From IMG/VR virus record IMGVR_UViG_3300027828_000031: a stretch of DNA of 64,000 nucleotides. One strand, given 5' to 3'. Both the position numbers and the translations under genes were made by a program. The notes beneath the pieces were generated by a model. The model did no database searches. It was not told where the DNA came from and saw nothing but the letters and a program-made list of their open reading frames with translations. Origin of the DNA: an uncultured virus (IMG/VR IMGVR_UViG_3300027828_000031) (Duplodnaviria > Heunggongvirae > Uroviricota > Caudoviricetes). Shown piece by piece: positions 36,607 through 46,894 of the stretch. The first letter of the stretch is position 1, and each line of letters opens with the position of its first letter.

Positions 36607-37683
36607 ATGCCCTTATTAATAAGAGATTATGAAACAATGGTCACTGCTGTACTTGAAAGAATTATTACAGCAGATGTTGGTATTACTAATACATCACGTG
36701 GTACCATCACCAGAGCTTTTGTTGAGTCTGTAATATCAGAAGTAGACATGGGCTATTATCAATTAAATTATGTTAATCTAGCAAATAGAATTGATACTGC
36801 TATTGGAGATGATCTAGATGCAGTCGTTGCGATCCTGAATGTTATTAGAGATAGTGCAACTACAGGTAAGACTACTGTTAAGCTATCACGTGGAGACGCG
36901 GCCTCTCAAAACTATCCAATCAATGCTGGTTCTCTTGTATCAACTAGACAAGATTCTGAGGGAAATGTAATTGAATTTGAAGTAGCAAATGATTATGTCC
37001 TAAATATTGGCGAATCAGAAATTGATGTAGAAGTATCATCTGTAGTGGCAGGTCAGGTAAATTTACCAATAGGAGCTATTAGCGTAATTGTTACACCAAT
37101 TAATGGTATAACTACCGTAACCAATGAAGCGATTGTCAGTTTGGGTTCAGATAGGCAGACCGACGATTCACTAAGAGATGAAGCCAAAAATGCATTTGAA
37201 GCCGCAGGAAACGCGACCTATGAGGCTGTACGAAGCGCTCTTCTTGCTGTTGATGGTGTTTCGGCTGTTACAATAACCGATCTACACGCTGGCGTAGGTA
37301 CAGCACAGGGATCTATTACTACTGAGCAGACACCAGCACCATCTGATGTGGTTGATGCTATTGACGCTGTAGTATTTGATAAAGTATCACTAGGAATTGA
37401 TTTTACTGTGGTATATCCAACTACGCAAGATCAAGATATCACAATGACAGTTAGTGATATTACACAAAACTCTGTAATAGTTGATGCAGTAAATGAACAT
37501 TTCCTAACATTGGCTGGTGGACAAACTCTCATAGTCAGTCAATTAGAATCAAAGATTATATTAGCATTCAATGATCCTATATTCGATATCAGTATAACCG
37601 TACCAGCCGCAAATGTAACTCCTGGCGATGTAAATATTGTTTTAAGAGCTGGTGTAATCACCATAAATGGGGTGATTCAGTAA
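36607..37683 (+). CDS. Baseplate J-like protein
   Basis: DTAIGDDLD, GSDRQTDDSLR, AVDGV, GTA. Confidence 0.9.
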   Translation: MPLLIRDYETMVTAVLERIITADVGITNTSRGTITRAFVESVISEVDMGYYQLNYVNLANRIDTAIGDDLDAVVAILNVIRDSATTGKTTVKLSRGDAASQNYPINAGSLVSTRQDSEGNVIEFEVANDYVLNIGESEIDVEVSSVVAGQVNLPIGAISVIVTPINGITTVTNEAIVSLGSDRQTDDSLRDEAKNAFEAAGNATYEAVRSALLAVDGVSAVTITDLHAGVGTAQGSITTEQTPAPSDVVDAIDAVVFDKVSLGIDFTVVYPTTQDQDITMTVSDITQNSVIVDAVNEHFLTLAGGQTLIVSQLESKIILAFNDPIFDISITVPAANVTPGDVNIVLRAGVITINGVIQ

Positions 37684-38318
37684 TGGCTAATACTAATCCA
37701 GCACAACAAATAATCGAACGAATGTCTGAGGTATTAAATGGCGGTGAAACAACTACTGCCATTATGGAGGCATTAGGTGAAGAAATAAAGCTATTTAACG
37801 ATAATGTTGATTATGTTTATTCTACGCGTGGGGTACTTACCTGTGAGAGTGCTGATTTAGATAGTAAATTCGGTACACTTACAAATATACCAAGAGAAGT
37901 TGGTGAATCTGATACTGATTATATCGAACGTATGGTCGGTACTCTAAATACTGCATCTGGTGGTACTCATGAGGCTATTAGGATAGCGGCGGCAATTGCA
38001 CTTGGTGTAGATGCATCTAGTCAATTCGCTAGAGACAGAATTATACCAATCAATTCATGGCTATATACTGGAACATTACCAAATTCTGGTCCAGGATATG
38101 CTGTTTGTTATATTGAGTGGGATAGTACAGTATTAGGTGAATTTGATGGTGAGTCTACTAGATTAGCAATAGAAGATTCATTAACTAGAGCAAAAGCACT
38201 TGGTGTTAGATTATATGTTGTTATTGATTTTAAGATTGTGACCTATACAGATCTTGAAACATTAACATATACTGAATTAGAAAATCTAGCATACACAGAA
38301 TTAGGGAGGTTGATTTAG
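37683..38318 (+). CDS. Baseplate/tail protein (XkdU or gpI-like)
   Basis: LD..G....R..GESD..Y..R...GGT. Confidence 0.7.
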   Translation: MANTNPAQQIIERMSEVLNGGETTTAIMEALGEEIKLFNDNVDYVYSTRGVLTCESADLDSKFGTLTNIPREVGESDTDYIERMVGTLNTASGGTHEAIRIAAAIALGVDASSQFARDRIIPINSWLYTGTLPNSGPGYAVCYIEWDSTVLGEFDGESTRLAIEDSLTRAKALGVRLYVVIDFKIVTYTDLETLTYTELENLAYTELGRLI

Positions 38319-40043
38319 ATGTCTGATATACATGTTGGTACCACCAATCGGGAGCTACAAAGACCGCAAGATCTATTACAAACAATTAGTTCGCAAAAGA
38401 TGTTCATCGACAATATTGAACTACTTGATGATATATTGGGTGATGAAAATAATTCTGGACTACCGATTGGGGCAGAGGGTAAAACATCATTAATTGAAAC
38501 TATTATAGCAACATATGAACGTATTAAAAATGCACAATTCTCATCGGATTTAGTAGCTTATTATGGTAACACTAAACTTGTTGACGATGGACAGGATGAA
38601 ACGCTATGGGTAGGGTCTGCTACGACAGTGTCAGCAGACACTTCTGACAAAGTATTAGGAAAACAAAGCGTTACATTCCCGACTATTATAGGTTCTGTGT
38701 CTGCTTCGCTTAATAATATATCATTAGATTTAACAAAATTAAACAATGGTGAAGATTCTCCGCTTACTGATTACATTGTGAATGAGCTGGGATTTGATGA
38801 TTTCAGTGTGATTACTGTTTTGTCATTAAGGCTATCGAGTGCGACCACATTCGATTTTGCAAATCATTTAACCGCTAATTTAACACCAACGAAAAACGGA
38901 TTCCAACAACTTAATGTAGAAAAAACGAACCTTGCGGCTGTGGGATCTGGTGCTGACTTGGCAGATATACAGTCGATTAATATTTTAGTTACCGCAACGG
39001 CCGTAACAAATGTAAATGTTCAATATATCCAACTAGTAAAAAAAGATCCTACACTATCTATACCTAACCCGTTACAGCGATTTGGGGTTGTTGATTTCGA
39101 CATTAATAGTGGTGATTGGTTTGTGGGCAAAGAGTTTGGTAAAATTAAACTCAAGTTATTAAACATTGACACTACGAAAACTAATGTGCTACAAAGCCTA
39201 AATACTTATAACGATTTTAAAGGGTCTATAAGTTCGACATCTCCTGGGGTTACAAGTGATACTGCTTATATTACATTAATAAACGATGACGATAATCAAG
39301 TGTATGCAGTTATAATAAATGACACGTTAAGATTAACTGTTATAGAGAGCGCTATAACTGTACAAAAAACAATCGCATTCCCTATATCAGATGGGGATAA
39401 GGTTATTTTATCTCTGGAAAAATCAGGACAAGACCTTGTTGCTACCGCGTACAAAAATGGCGATATAAATAATTCGGTTTCCATCAAGAATACTACAATT
39501 TTAAATGGTCTTAACTACGCCATAGGTGCGAATAGTACAATAGACGGCGTAGACATAGAATTTTCATCTATAGCAGAAATACCATTCGTGGCTAGAGCAG
39601 GACGAGCCGATATCGCTGATAGTTTAGTGGAACAACCGTATCTAAGAGTTACAAATTCAGGAGCTCAAAGCATTCCTGACATTACATTGACACCTTTGAT
39701 ACTAGATACGGCAATAGTTGATAATAGAGGTCAGCTTGATTCCTCTAGGGTTTATATAAGAGAAACCGGCAAATATCACTTAAACGCCCACATCGGCTTT
39801 GTTGCTAATGTCACAGGGTATAGAAGAGTTGCGATAAGGTTGAACGGTACCACTATCATAGTGCTTGATACAAGACTAGCAGTAAGCGGAACCACAACGG
39901 ATTGTAATGTCTCCAGAACTATCCGATTGAGTGCAGGTGATTATTTAGAGTTACTTGCGGGCCAAACTAGCGGCGCACCTCTAAATACCGCAGTAAATGC
40001 AAATTTAAATCCTGAGTTTACAGTGGAAAGGACGGGTGGGTAA
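38319..40043 (+). CDS. Tail fibre/receptor-binding protein with C1q-like C-terminal domain
   Basis: Beta-rich; IRETGKY...LSAGDYLEL; followed by a chaperone-like gene. Confidence 0.7.
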   Translation: MSDIHVGTTNRELQRPQDLLQTISSQKMFIDNIELLDDILGDENNSGLPIGAEGKTSLIETIIATYERIKNAQFSSDLVAYYGNTKLVDDGQDETLWVGSATTVSADTSDKVLGKQSVTFPTIIGSVSASLNNISLDLTKLNNGEDSPLTDYIVNELGFDDFSVITVLSLRLSSATTFDFANHLTANLTPTKNGFQQLNVEKTNLAAVGSGADLADIQSINILVTATAVTNVNVQYIQLVKKDPTLSIPNPLQRFGVVDFDINSGDWFVGKEFGKIKLKLLNIDTTKTNVLQSLNTYNDFKGSISSTSPGVTSDTAYITLINDDDNQVYAVIINDTLRLTVIESAITVQKTIAFPISDGDKVILSLEKSGQDLVATAYKNGDINNSVSIKNTTILNGLNYAIGANSTIDGVDIEFSSIAEIPFVARAGRADIADSLVEQPYLRVTNSGAQSIPDITLTPLILDTAIVDNRGQLDSSRVYIRETGKYHLNAHIGFVANVTGYRRVAIRLNGTTIIVLDTRLAVSGTTTDCNVSRTIRLSAGDYLELLAGQTSGAPLNTAVNANLNPEFTVERTGG

Positions 40044-40698
40044 TGTGATTAAAATCCCATATCAAAACGTAAATGTCAATAAGTTTCACCAAGAGTTGAT
40101 TAATTTGGGAATAACGCCAGATGCAGTATTGCCTATTTCAGAGTCAACATGTAAGATAAGATTCAATGATATTTTTGAATATGAACTCAAAGACGAGGAA
40201 GGAAATATAACAGGCTGTAAGTACAAAGAACGTATAGAAGTTATAGTCGATAAAGGTCTAGAAACAGAACACACAGAAACCAAAGATATCGACTTTGATT
40301 ATGGCAAATTTATAGCCGATATACAGGTAGTTGTGGACGCGCATGATCAATTGTCAATTATCAAATCAGAACAGATTAGATTGATCAAAGATTCTTGTAA
40401 TCAAGCAATATATGATGGCTTTGAGTACGAAGGACACTGGTACACATATGACTTAAAGGATCAATCAAGATTTGGATTAATTAAATCAGATATCGATGAC
40501 CTACCACCAGATTCAGTTGTTGGTTGGGGAGTCAAAGACCAAGAAGAAGAAATAGTACATGATATAGAATCATTCAAAGCACTATATAGACATGCACTAT
40601 ATGTCCATATGAAATTAATGATTGATAGGTCCAGAGAGCTAGAAGATCAAATTAAAGCATCTAATAGTCTTGACGAAATAAGGTCAATAGTATGGTAA
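40036..40698 (+). CDS. Tail fibre assembly-like protein (DUF4376-like)
   Basis: CNQAIYDGF...YDLKDQ...SLDEIRSIVW. Confidence 0.65.
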   Translation: MGNVIKIPYQNVNVNKFHQELINLGITPDAVLPISESTCKIRFNDIFEYELKDEEGNITGCKYKERIEVIVDKGLETEHTETKDIDFDYGKFIADIQVVVDAHDQLSIIKSEQIRLIKDSCNQAIYDGFEYEGHWYTYDLKDQSRFGLIKSDIDDLPPDSVVGWGVKDQEEEIVHDIESFKALYRHALYVHMKLMIDRSRELEDQIKASNSLDEIRSIVW

Positions 40699-41141
40699 AA
40701 TTCTATATCATAGCTTACAAAGGAGGCGATGTCGTAGGAGACATCGTCAAATCCTTTGATGGAGAATATAGCCATGTTGGCCTATTATATCCAGATATGA
40801 TCCATATTGCTGATGTAAACTATAACCAAAGGTTTAAGCGTAGGCATTTCAATGCTAAATTTGGTACATATGACATCATCCCAGTGTGGCTCGATGAACA
40901 TGCGGCAAACAACTATATTAGACTTAAGTTGGGTTCATGGTATGATATAACAGGTATTGCATCATTCTTCTCTGATAAATTTAAGCAGGATGAAAGTAAA
41001 TATTACTGTTCAGAGATTTTACGTGATCTTATATTGTTTGCTGGAGACTATCCTATACTTAATGTTTATCGTGACAAACCTATAAAACCAAGTGAATTGG
41101 TCATAGCTGTTAAAGGAGGTAATTATGATAAGCAAATTTGA
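40692..41141 (+). CDS. Permuted papain-like NlpC/P60 (YiiX-like) protein
   Basis: YSHVG...GSWYD...YYCSEI...P (His before Cys). Confidence 0.75.
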   Translation: MVKFYIIAYKGGDVVGDIVKSFDGEYSHVGLLYPDMIHIADVNYNQRFKRRHFNAKFGTYDIIPVWLDEHAANNYIRLKLGSWYDITGIASFFSDKFKQDESKYYCSEILRDLILFAGDYPILNVYRDKPIKPSELVIAVKGGNYDKQI

Positions 41142-42177
41142 GCTACCACGGGTAACTGGTAAGACTGATGGATTTCAGTATGATTATCCATTCTGTCCAT
41201 ATGTTGGATTAGCACAAAACAGAGAGATCCAGGAAGTCAATGATTCCCAAGGTGAATTCTCGGCACTCTTCATTCGTGAGATGATGATAGAACATTATGG
41301 TTCTAATGGAATGGGTGAATGCGATCTCACACAATGCGCAGAAATTGTTAAAAATATTGGTGTATGTGAAGAAGAGATGTTACCATATTCATTAGCAGAT
41401 GAACCATTTATTCCAGTGACTAACAGTATGATGGAAAATGCATCAAATTATAAAGTCAAGGATTATTTAACATTTACAAATTGGCGTGATGCATTTCAAG
41501 CAATGGCAATATATAATAGTGCACTCTATATTGGACACCTTGTTACATCTCAACATTATAATTGCAGGAATATAGGATATCTAGACGGACCAACTGGTGC
41601 ACTTGATTTACTTGGGGCACATGCCGCTAATATCACTGGATTTGACTTGATTGCTAATGAAATGACTTATAAGAGTTCATGGAAAGGTCAGGGCGATGAA
41701 CATGGATATTTAACAATGTCGTTAGATTGGATGAAATGGAAAACAGCTGATTTTGGTATGACATGGTGGAGTGAACTGGTTATCTTTCTTGATGAGAGAA
41801 ATACATCAAAGATCGTCAAATTGCAAATTGGTAACCCTGAGATCAGCATTGATGGTGAAGTAGGCATAATGGATACACAACCAACAATCAAGAATGGACG
41901 GACGTTTGTTCCAATCAGATTCATCTCACAGGCATTAGATGCTGAGATATCATGGGATCCAGAAGAGCGGAAGGCTCAAATAATCTATGGTGAGGATGTT
42001 GTAACACTCATTGATGGGTCAGCAACAACATTTGTAAACAATAACATAGTTATGTTGGATGCACCTACATTCATTCAAGATGGTCGATTAATGGTTCCAT
42101 TACGGATGTTAGCAGATACATTTGGTGCTAATACACATTGGGATTATCACAGTAGAATAATTACAATTACAAAATAA
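41125..42177 (+). CDS. C1 (papain-like) peptidase fused to copper-amine-oxidase N-terminal domains
   Basis: Q-x5-C (QYDYPFC), GAHAANITGFD, SSW; PTIKNGRTFVPIRFIS and GRLMVPLR repeats. Confidence 0.75.
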   Translation: MISKFELPRVTGKTDGFQYDYPFCPYVGLAQNREIQEVNDSQGEFSALFIREMMIEHYGSNGMGECDLTQCAEIVKNIGVCEEEMLPYSLADEPFIPVTNSMMENASNYKVKDYLTFTNWRDAFQAMAIYNSALYIGHLVTSQHYNCRNIGYLDGPTGALDLLGAHAANITGFDLIANEMTYKSSWKGQGDEHGYLTMSLDWMKWKTADFGMTWWSELVIFLDERNTSKIVKLQIGNPEISIDGEVGIMDTQPTIKNGRTFVPIRFISQALDAEISWDPEERKAQIIYGEDVVTLIDGSATTFVNNNIVMLDAPTFIQDGRLMVPLRMLADTFGANTHWDYHSRIITITK

Positions 42178-42186
42178 ATCACTAAT

Positions 42187-42217
42187 GACACCCAGCTAAA
42201 GTTAATCGTTGGGTGTC
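42187..42217 (+). terminator. Stem-loop before lysis genes
   Basis: GACACCCA-N15-TGGGTGTC. Confidence 0.5.
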
Positions 42218-42252
42218 TTACTCTATTATTAAAGTAAATTTATTGTTGGCAG

Positions 42253-42654
42253 GTGATAAAGTTGTATAAATTGGTGGAAATTACAAAGAGTCCGATGTTA
42301 GAACATCTGACTAATATGTCGGTTGTGGCAATGGCATCCTCACCCTCTGAAATGTTAGAATTATCAGAGCAATATGGTTTACCAGCTGTCGCATTTTGTA
42401 TACTATTATATTATGTACTTAAAAGTCAAGAGAAGCGTGATTCCTTCTATAGAGATCAGACAGCTGTACATAATGAGTTCGTGCAAAGTATTACTGTACA
42501 ACTCACCAAACTCGCAGAGTCGGTTGAAAAATCGACTCAAAATTGTACCGAGTGTCATGGACATATGATGCAAGTTAAGCAAGATATGGCTATAATTAAA
42601 GATCGTGATCTATATAATCATATCAATACTAAAAAGAAGGAGGATGCATCTTGA
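42253..42654 (+). CDS. Holin (BhlA-like)
   Basis: QYGLPAVAFCILLYYVLKSQEKRD; directly upstream of endolysin. Confidence 0.7.
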   Translation: MIKLYKLVEITKSPMLEHLTNMSVVAMASSPSEMLELSEQYGLPAVAFCILLYYVLKSQEKRDSFYRDQTAVHNEFVQSITVQLTKLAESVEKSTQNCTECHGHMMQVKQDMAIIKDRDLYNHINTKKKEDAS

Positions 42655-43328
42655 ATAAGATAAAGAACGGGATTATACAGGGCGATGAGATATTTGGGAT
42701 ACCATTTAGGACAGACTTAATTCCTAAGAGTAATAAAACATCTAGGCCAGGTATTAAGATAACTCCATCTAGTGGTACCGCACATAATACAGGCAATCGT
42801 AAACGTGGGGCCAATGCTAAGATGCATACCGAATATGTTGATCATACATCGCAGTATGTGTCATGGCACATCACAATCGACGATAAGGAAATCATCCAAG
42901 AACTACCATTAGATGAGATGGCATTTCATGCTGGTGATGGCAGAAATGGTCCAGGCAATAGAACATCTATTGCAGTTGAGATCTGTGAGCATGAGGGCAT
43001 TGATTGGGAATTAGCCAAAGAGAATGCCGCAAAATTCTTCCACTTCTTATTTGTGGTAGGAATAATAGATTCAGTAGTGCCACATCAGAAATGGTCTGGT
43101 AAATATTGTCCACATCGTATATTAGATGAGGGGTGGGACAAATTTACAGCATTAATTAAACATATTGAAAAGACATTTGCCCCATTGGATGATATATCAC
43201 CATGGGCAATTGATGGTCGTGAATATGTTATGTTGCATGGTATATCAGATGGCACTAGACCAAAGGACCTGCCAACACGTGAGGAAATATGGTCTATGTT
43301 ATATAATCATTATAATACACATAAATAA
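42651..43328 (+). CDS. Endolysin, N-acetylmuramoyl-L-alanine amidase (Amidase_2)
   Basis: HNT, SWHITID, FHAGDG, GNRTSIAVEIC, HQKWSGKYCP. Confidence 0.92.
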   Translation: MNKIKNGIIQGDEIFGIPFRTDLIPKSNKTSRPGIKITPSSGTAHNTGNRKRGANAKMHTEYVDHTSQYVSWHITIDDKEIIQELPLDEMAFHAGDGRNGPGNRTSIAVEICEHEGIDWELAKENAAKFFHFLFVVGIIDSVVPHQKWSGKYCPHRILDEGWDKFTALIKHIEKTFAPLDDISPWAIDGREYVMLHGISDGTRPKDLPTREEIWSMLYNHYNTHK

Positions 43329-43341
43329 TAGGAGGTAAGTT

Positions 43342-43626
43342 ATGGTAGATGGAAATATAAAACATCGTGTTATATTAAGTAATGGAGTAGCAGAGGTAAT
43401 AAATTTTCAATATAACATCAATGAAATAAATATTGTTCAAGATGGAACAGCTAATATTGCAGTTAAACTTGATACGGCACCATCAGCAGTAGATGATGAT
43501 GAATCACTTTTATTATCGACTGGTATTGTATCAATATCAATGCGTAAAGTTGCTGGATTTAAACAGGTGCATCTATTATCTGATGCAACAACAACAATTA
43601 TATGGGATGCACCAACAATAAGATAG
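43342..43626 (+). CDS. Hypothetical beta-rich protein
   Basis: RBS AGGAGG. Confidence 0.6.
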   Translation: MVDGNIKHRVILSNGVAEVINFQYNINEINIVQDGTANIAVKLDTAPSAVDDDESLLLSTGIVSISMRKVAGFKQVHLLSDATTTIIWDAPTIR

Positions 43627-43636
43627 GAGGTATTAT

Positions 43637-44392
43637 ATGCTTCAAGCTAGCGGTTTGTCAGATTATTTTGAACAGCTTGCACAGGGTAAGGTTGCTAATA
43701 GATCAAGCATATATAAATTTGGTAGGGTTATATGCCTTGGTGCATCAATTAGAATTCCAATGTGGGATGGAAATGCAAATTATATATTTCCTGTAACTGC
43801 TAATACAGTAACGGTAACGTCTGATGACATTGCAGATGCTCCAGCAGGAATAGGAGCAAGAAGTGTTCATATATATGGACTTGATGAAAATTGGGAAGAA
43901 ATAAATGAGATAATCACATTGGGTGCCACAAGTACAAAAACATTTATTAGAGTTTATAGGGCACACGTTGAAGAATCTGGTACGAGTGATTTTCCATATG
44001 ATTCAACAAAGATAGGTAATAATAAAGGAACGATTACCATAACTCATAATGGGACCACATCACCAATTGCAGTAATTCTGCCAGGACTTGGTCAGACTCT
44101 TATGGCTATATTTACTATACCTGTAGGCTATAAAGCATTAATGTGGGCTGCTGGTACCAACAATGGTAAAAATAATGATGCAATTGGACATTTATATAGC
44201 AGAGATAATACTATTGTAAATGCTCCATGGAGATGTCGTGGTATTCGTGACATGTATAGAAATCTAGTTAATAAAACATGGCGTATACCTAGAGTCTACA
44301 CAGAGAAGACAGATATATTATTTGCAATATCAAGTACAAATGGAGACACTGTATCTGGTACATTTGAACTAGAAATGGTTAAATTAACTTAA
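43637..44392 (+). CDS. Hypothetical protein (possibly virion-associated)
   Basis: RBS AGGAGG; GARSVHIYGLD motif. Confidence 0.7.
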   Translation: MLQASGLSDYFEQLAQGKVANRSSIYKFGRVICLGASIRIPMWDGNANYIFPVTANTVTVTSDDIADAPAGIGARSVHIYGLDENWEEINEIITLGATSTKTFIRVYRAHVEESGTSDFPYDSTKIGNNKGTITITHNGTTSPIAVILPGLGQTLMAIFTIPVGYKALMWAAGTNNGKNNDAIGHLYSRDNTIVNAPWRCRGIRDMYRNLVNKTWRIPRVYTEKTDILFAISSTNGDTVSGTFELEMVKLT

Positions 44393-44424
44393 TCTATATT
44401 AATCATCTACGACTATAGACCAAC

Positions 44425-44466
44425 AAAGAAAGAGCCAGCTCATAATAAACGGGCTGGCTTTCTTTC
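44425..44466. terminator. Bidirectional rho-independent terminator between convergent arms
   Basis: AAAGAAAGAGCCAGCTC-N9-GGGCTGGCTTTCTTTC. Confidence 0.8.
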
Positions 44467-44524
44467 TATTTAAATCGACTTTCATTGATGTGTGCCGATG
44501 TTGATAAAGCAACCAAGGTCGAAC

Positions 44525-45697
44525 CTAGATTAACAGCATATCAAGACAAGGTGCAAATTGATCATAGCGTTCGAAGATACATTCATTAGCTGATTTATCA
44601 TCTCTAAATTTTATGAAACGCGCGGATCGAAACATTCCTTTTTTGGTCGCTTCCATGGCTGTAATTTCGATGACTTTGCCGATCTGACAATCCATTGAAG
44701 CAAACATCTGCTGTCTGAGTCCATCGGAGATACCACTATTGACTGTACCCATTTCAATTAGCTCACCATCCTCATACATTCCAACCTTGATCGATCGGAA
44801 TAGATTTTCATTCTTACCAGTACCATTCATGTCAAATCCGGTAATAACTACATCTGCAGTGATTCCTTCTTGGCTTTTACCCAATTGGTTAGCTGGTTTT
44901 TTGCCTGGAATATATTTACCTAATGTGTCTTTTAACATAAGTCCTTCGCCACCAGTTGATACCACCTGACTAAATTTTTGCCTTGGGTCACCAGTAAATA
45001 CTTGTGATATTCTAATATGATCACTTGGGTGATTACGATTTTCACGACTAATTGTTATTTTTGGATCTACTCTCATATAGGTATTGATACGATTGCAAGC
45101 ATCATGTCCTAATAACATAATAATCTCTAATATTGCACGTCTGAAATACCAAGGTTGATCACAGATATTGATCCCATTCACTGAGCGTAGGTCATATACT
45201 AGATAATCCAACCAACCCATCTCTTGTTGTCTTGCAATTGCCTTATCTACGGTACATCCCATAATCTTTGTTACATCGTCTGATGTCTTATTTGGATAAT
45301 ACAGCTCTCCATGTATATCTACTGAAATATCATGTACATCCTTCAATTGCTTGAAGAATAGTGTAATATGTGGCACATGTGTTGATTTCTCAACAGGTTG
45401 TCCCTTAGTCTCCTTTGCTGTTGATAATGATCTAGAATACATATGTTGGTCGTCACAAATATAGCTAAATCCATCTTCCTTAATCTCGGCAATCCAATAT
45501 AAATTATAGTACATTGTTTGCATTATAGCTTCAACCTGATATTGTAGATGTGTCGGTATAGATACACCTAGTTGAAATAATACATCATAGTTCAATATAT
45601 TTGTTGGTGTACTAGTATGAATTGTTGTTTGCATCTGCTGTACTATTTCTTTTAATTTCTTTTCTTTAGTATGTGTTGCTCCCATTGCTAAAATCAT
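44525..45697 (-). CDS. ATP-dependent DNA ligase
   Basis: EIKEDG (KxDG), HGEL, VYDL, EGLMLK, DVVI, OB-fold RSARFIKFRDDK. Confidence 0.9.
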   Translation of the reverse strand: MILAMGATHTKEKKLKEIVQQMQTTIHTSTPTNILNYDVLFQLGVSIPTHLQYQVEAIMQTMYYNLYWIAEIKEDGFSYICDDQHMYSRSLSTAKETKGQPVEKSTHVPHITLFFKQLKDVHDISVDIHGELYYPNKTSDDVTKIMGCTVDKAIARQQEMGWLDYLVYDLRSVNGINICDQPWYFRRAILEIIMLLGHDACNRINTYMRVDPKITISRENRNHPSDHIRISQVFTGDPRQKFSQVVSTGGEGLMLKDTLGKYIPGKKPANQLGKSQEGITADVVITGFDMNGTGKNENLFRSIKVGMYEDGELIEMGTVNSGISDGLRQQMFASMDCQIGKVIEITAMEATKKGMFRSARFIKFRDDKSANECIFERYDQFAPCLDMLLI

Positions 45698-46266
45698 TAA
45701 AATCCATCCTCCAGTCTTAATAAATTGTCCATTGCTAACGGACTAATTCTGATATCCAATTTAGTACATGCCGCTATTAGCCAAGAAATTTTGAAGAATT
45801 CATCTCTGCGCTTGTAATTACAAAGCATATCAGCCAATTCATTGTATTTATTATGTGGATTACCAGCATCCTTGCTATGACCACGAACATGTTCCCATTG
45901 AATATTGTAAAGATCCATTTGCTTGACCATAAGAAAATCTTCCCATAAATCTCGATTAGGTACGGGTTCCTTTTTACTGTTTTTCCAGCCTTTTGTTACC
46001 CATTTGTCGAGATATGATGGATGAGTATATCCATTATAAACATATCCACTATCAGTTACAACATAAAGTCCAGACCCTATAACACAACTATTGATTGCCG
46101 CCAGTACTGCTGTCATCTCCATTCGATTATTGGTCGTATCATCAGCGAAGCCAAAATCGATATCTACAATAGAGCCGAAAGGCTGGTCAAGTTCAATGAA
46201 CGCCCAGCCTCCCAATCTATTTTGTGAATTTGCAGAACCATCTGTATAGAATATTCTCTGACTCAT
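45697..46266 (-). CDS. rnhA: Ribonuclease HI
   Basis: YTDGS, TNNRME, TDSGY, NRDLW, HVRGH, NELAD. Confidence 0.93.
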   Translation of the reverse strand: MSQRIFYTDGSANSQNRLGGWAFIELDQPFGSIVDIDFGFADDTTNNRMEMTAVLAAINSCVIGSGLYVVTDSGYVYNGYTHPSYLDKWVTKGWKNSKKEPVPNRDLWEDFLMVKQMDLYNIQWEHVRGHSKDAGNPHNKYNELADMLCNYKRRDEFFKISWLIAACTKLDIRISPLAMDNLLRLEDGF

Positions 46267-46772
46267 TATTCTACAAGCACCGCATCATCTGCGACCATAT
46301 GTTCTACTACATTGATGATACGTCCTTCAGCAAGCTCATTTCTAATATGAAATGCGATTGTAGTTGGAGCATGTAGTAATTTAACCATTATTTGTACCGC
46401 TACATCCAATAGTATATCATCATATTCTTCCCATCCATATGCTCTATCGTCAACATACATATGAGCGTAGATTTTGCGTGAATCATAATCCCACGGTGCA
46501 ATATTTTCATTGATTGCCGCAAATTCATCGAAGATATCATTTTCCCTTAAAAATTGTATTGCATTATCTAGACCTTCATTCTCTCGACAAGTATTTAAAA
46601 CAATGTCAAGGTTATTTGCCTTCAAGAACCTAATGAAATTGACTAAGTGTTTGCGAATTGGTCCACATTTTGGGTAACATTGATTTCCATCATCATTGAA
46701 TATCAATGAGCAAGGACCATCAAAGTCCATTGCTATTATTGGATTTACTGCATTATCATTAATTTGTAACAT
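46266..46772 (-). CDS. HAD-superfamily hydrolase
   Basis: IAMDFDG, NTCR, YVDDRA. Confidence 0.75.
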   Translation of the reverse strand: MLQINDNAVNPIIAMDFDGPCSLIFNDDGNQCYPKCGPIRKHLVNFIRFLKANNLDIVLNTCRENEGLDNAIQFLRENDIFDEFAAINENIAPWDYDSRKIYAHMYVDDRAYGWEEYDDILLDVAVQIMVKLLHAPTTIAFHIRNELAEGRIINVVEHMVADDAVLVE

Positions 46773-46894
46773 TATTGCTTCCTCCTAATAGTAGTTTTGC
46801 TTCCTGCTCTTCTTATATTTGTTATCTTGGCACCGAATACGTTCTGTATCATAATAATGTTCATTTCTTGCCAAGGCTGTTTCGAACTACTCAT
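46772..46894 (-). CDS. 40-aa hypothetical protein (not in ORF track)
   Basis: Fills the gap; TAATG coupling to the next gene. Confidence 0.35.
   Translation of the reverse strand: MSSSKQPWQEMNIIMIQNVFGAKITNIRRAGSKTTIRRKQ

Noticed and set aside
38319..40043. Diversity-generating retroelement or invertible fibre cassette
   Set aside because: No reverse transcriptase, invertase or duplicated template/variable repeat seen.
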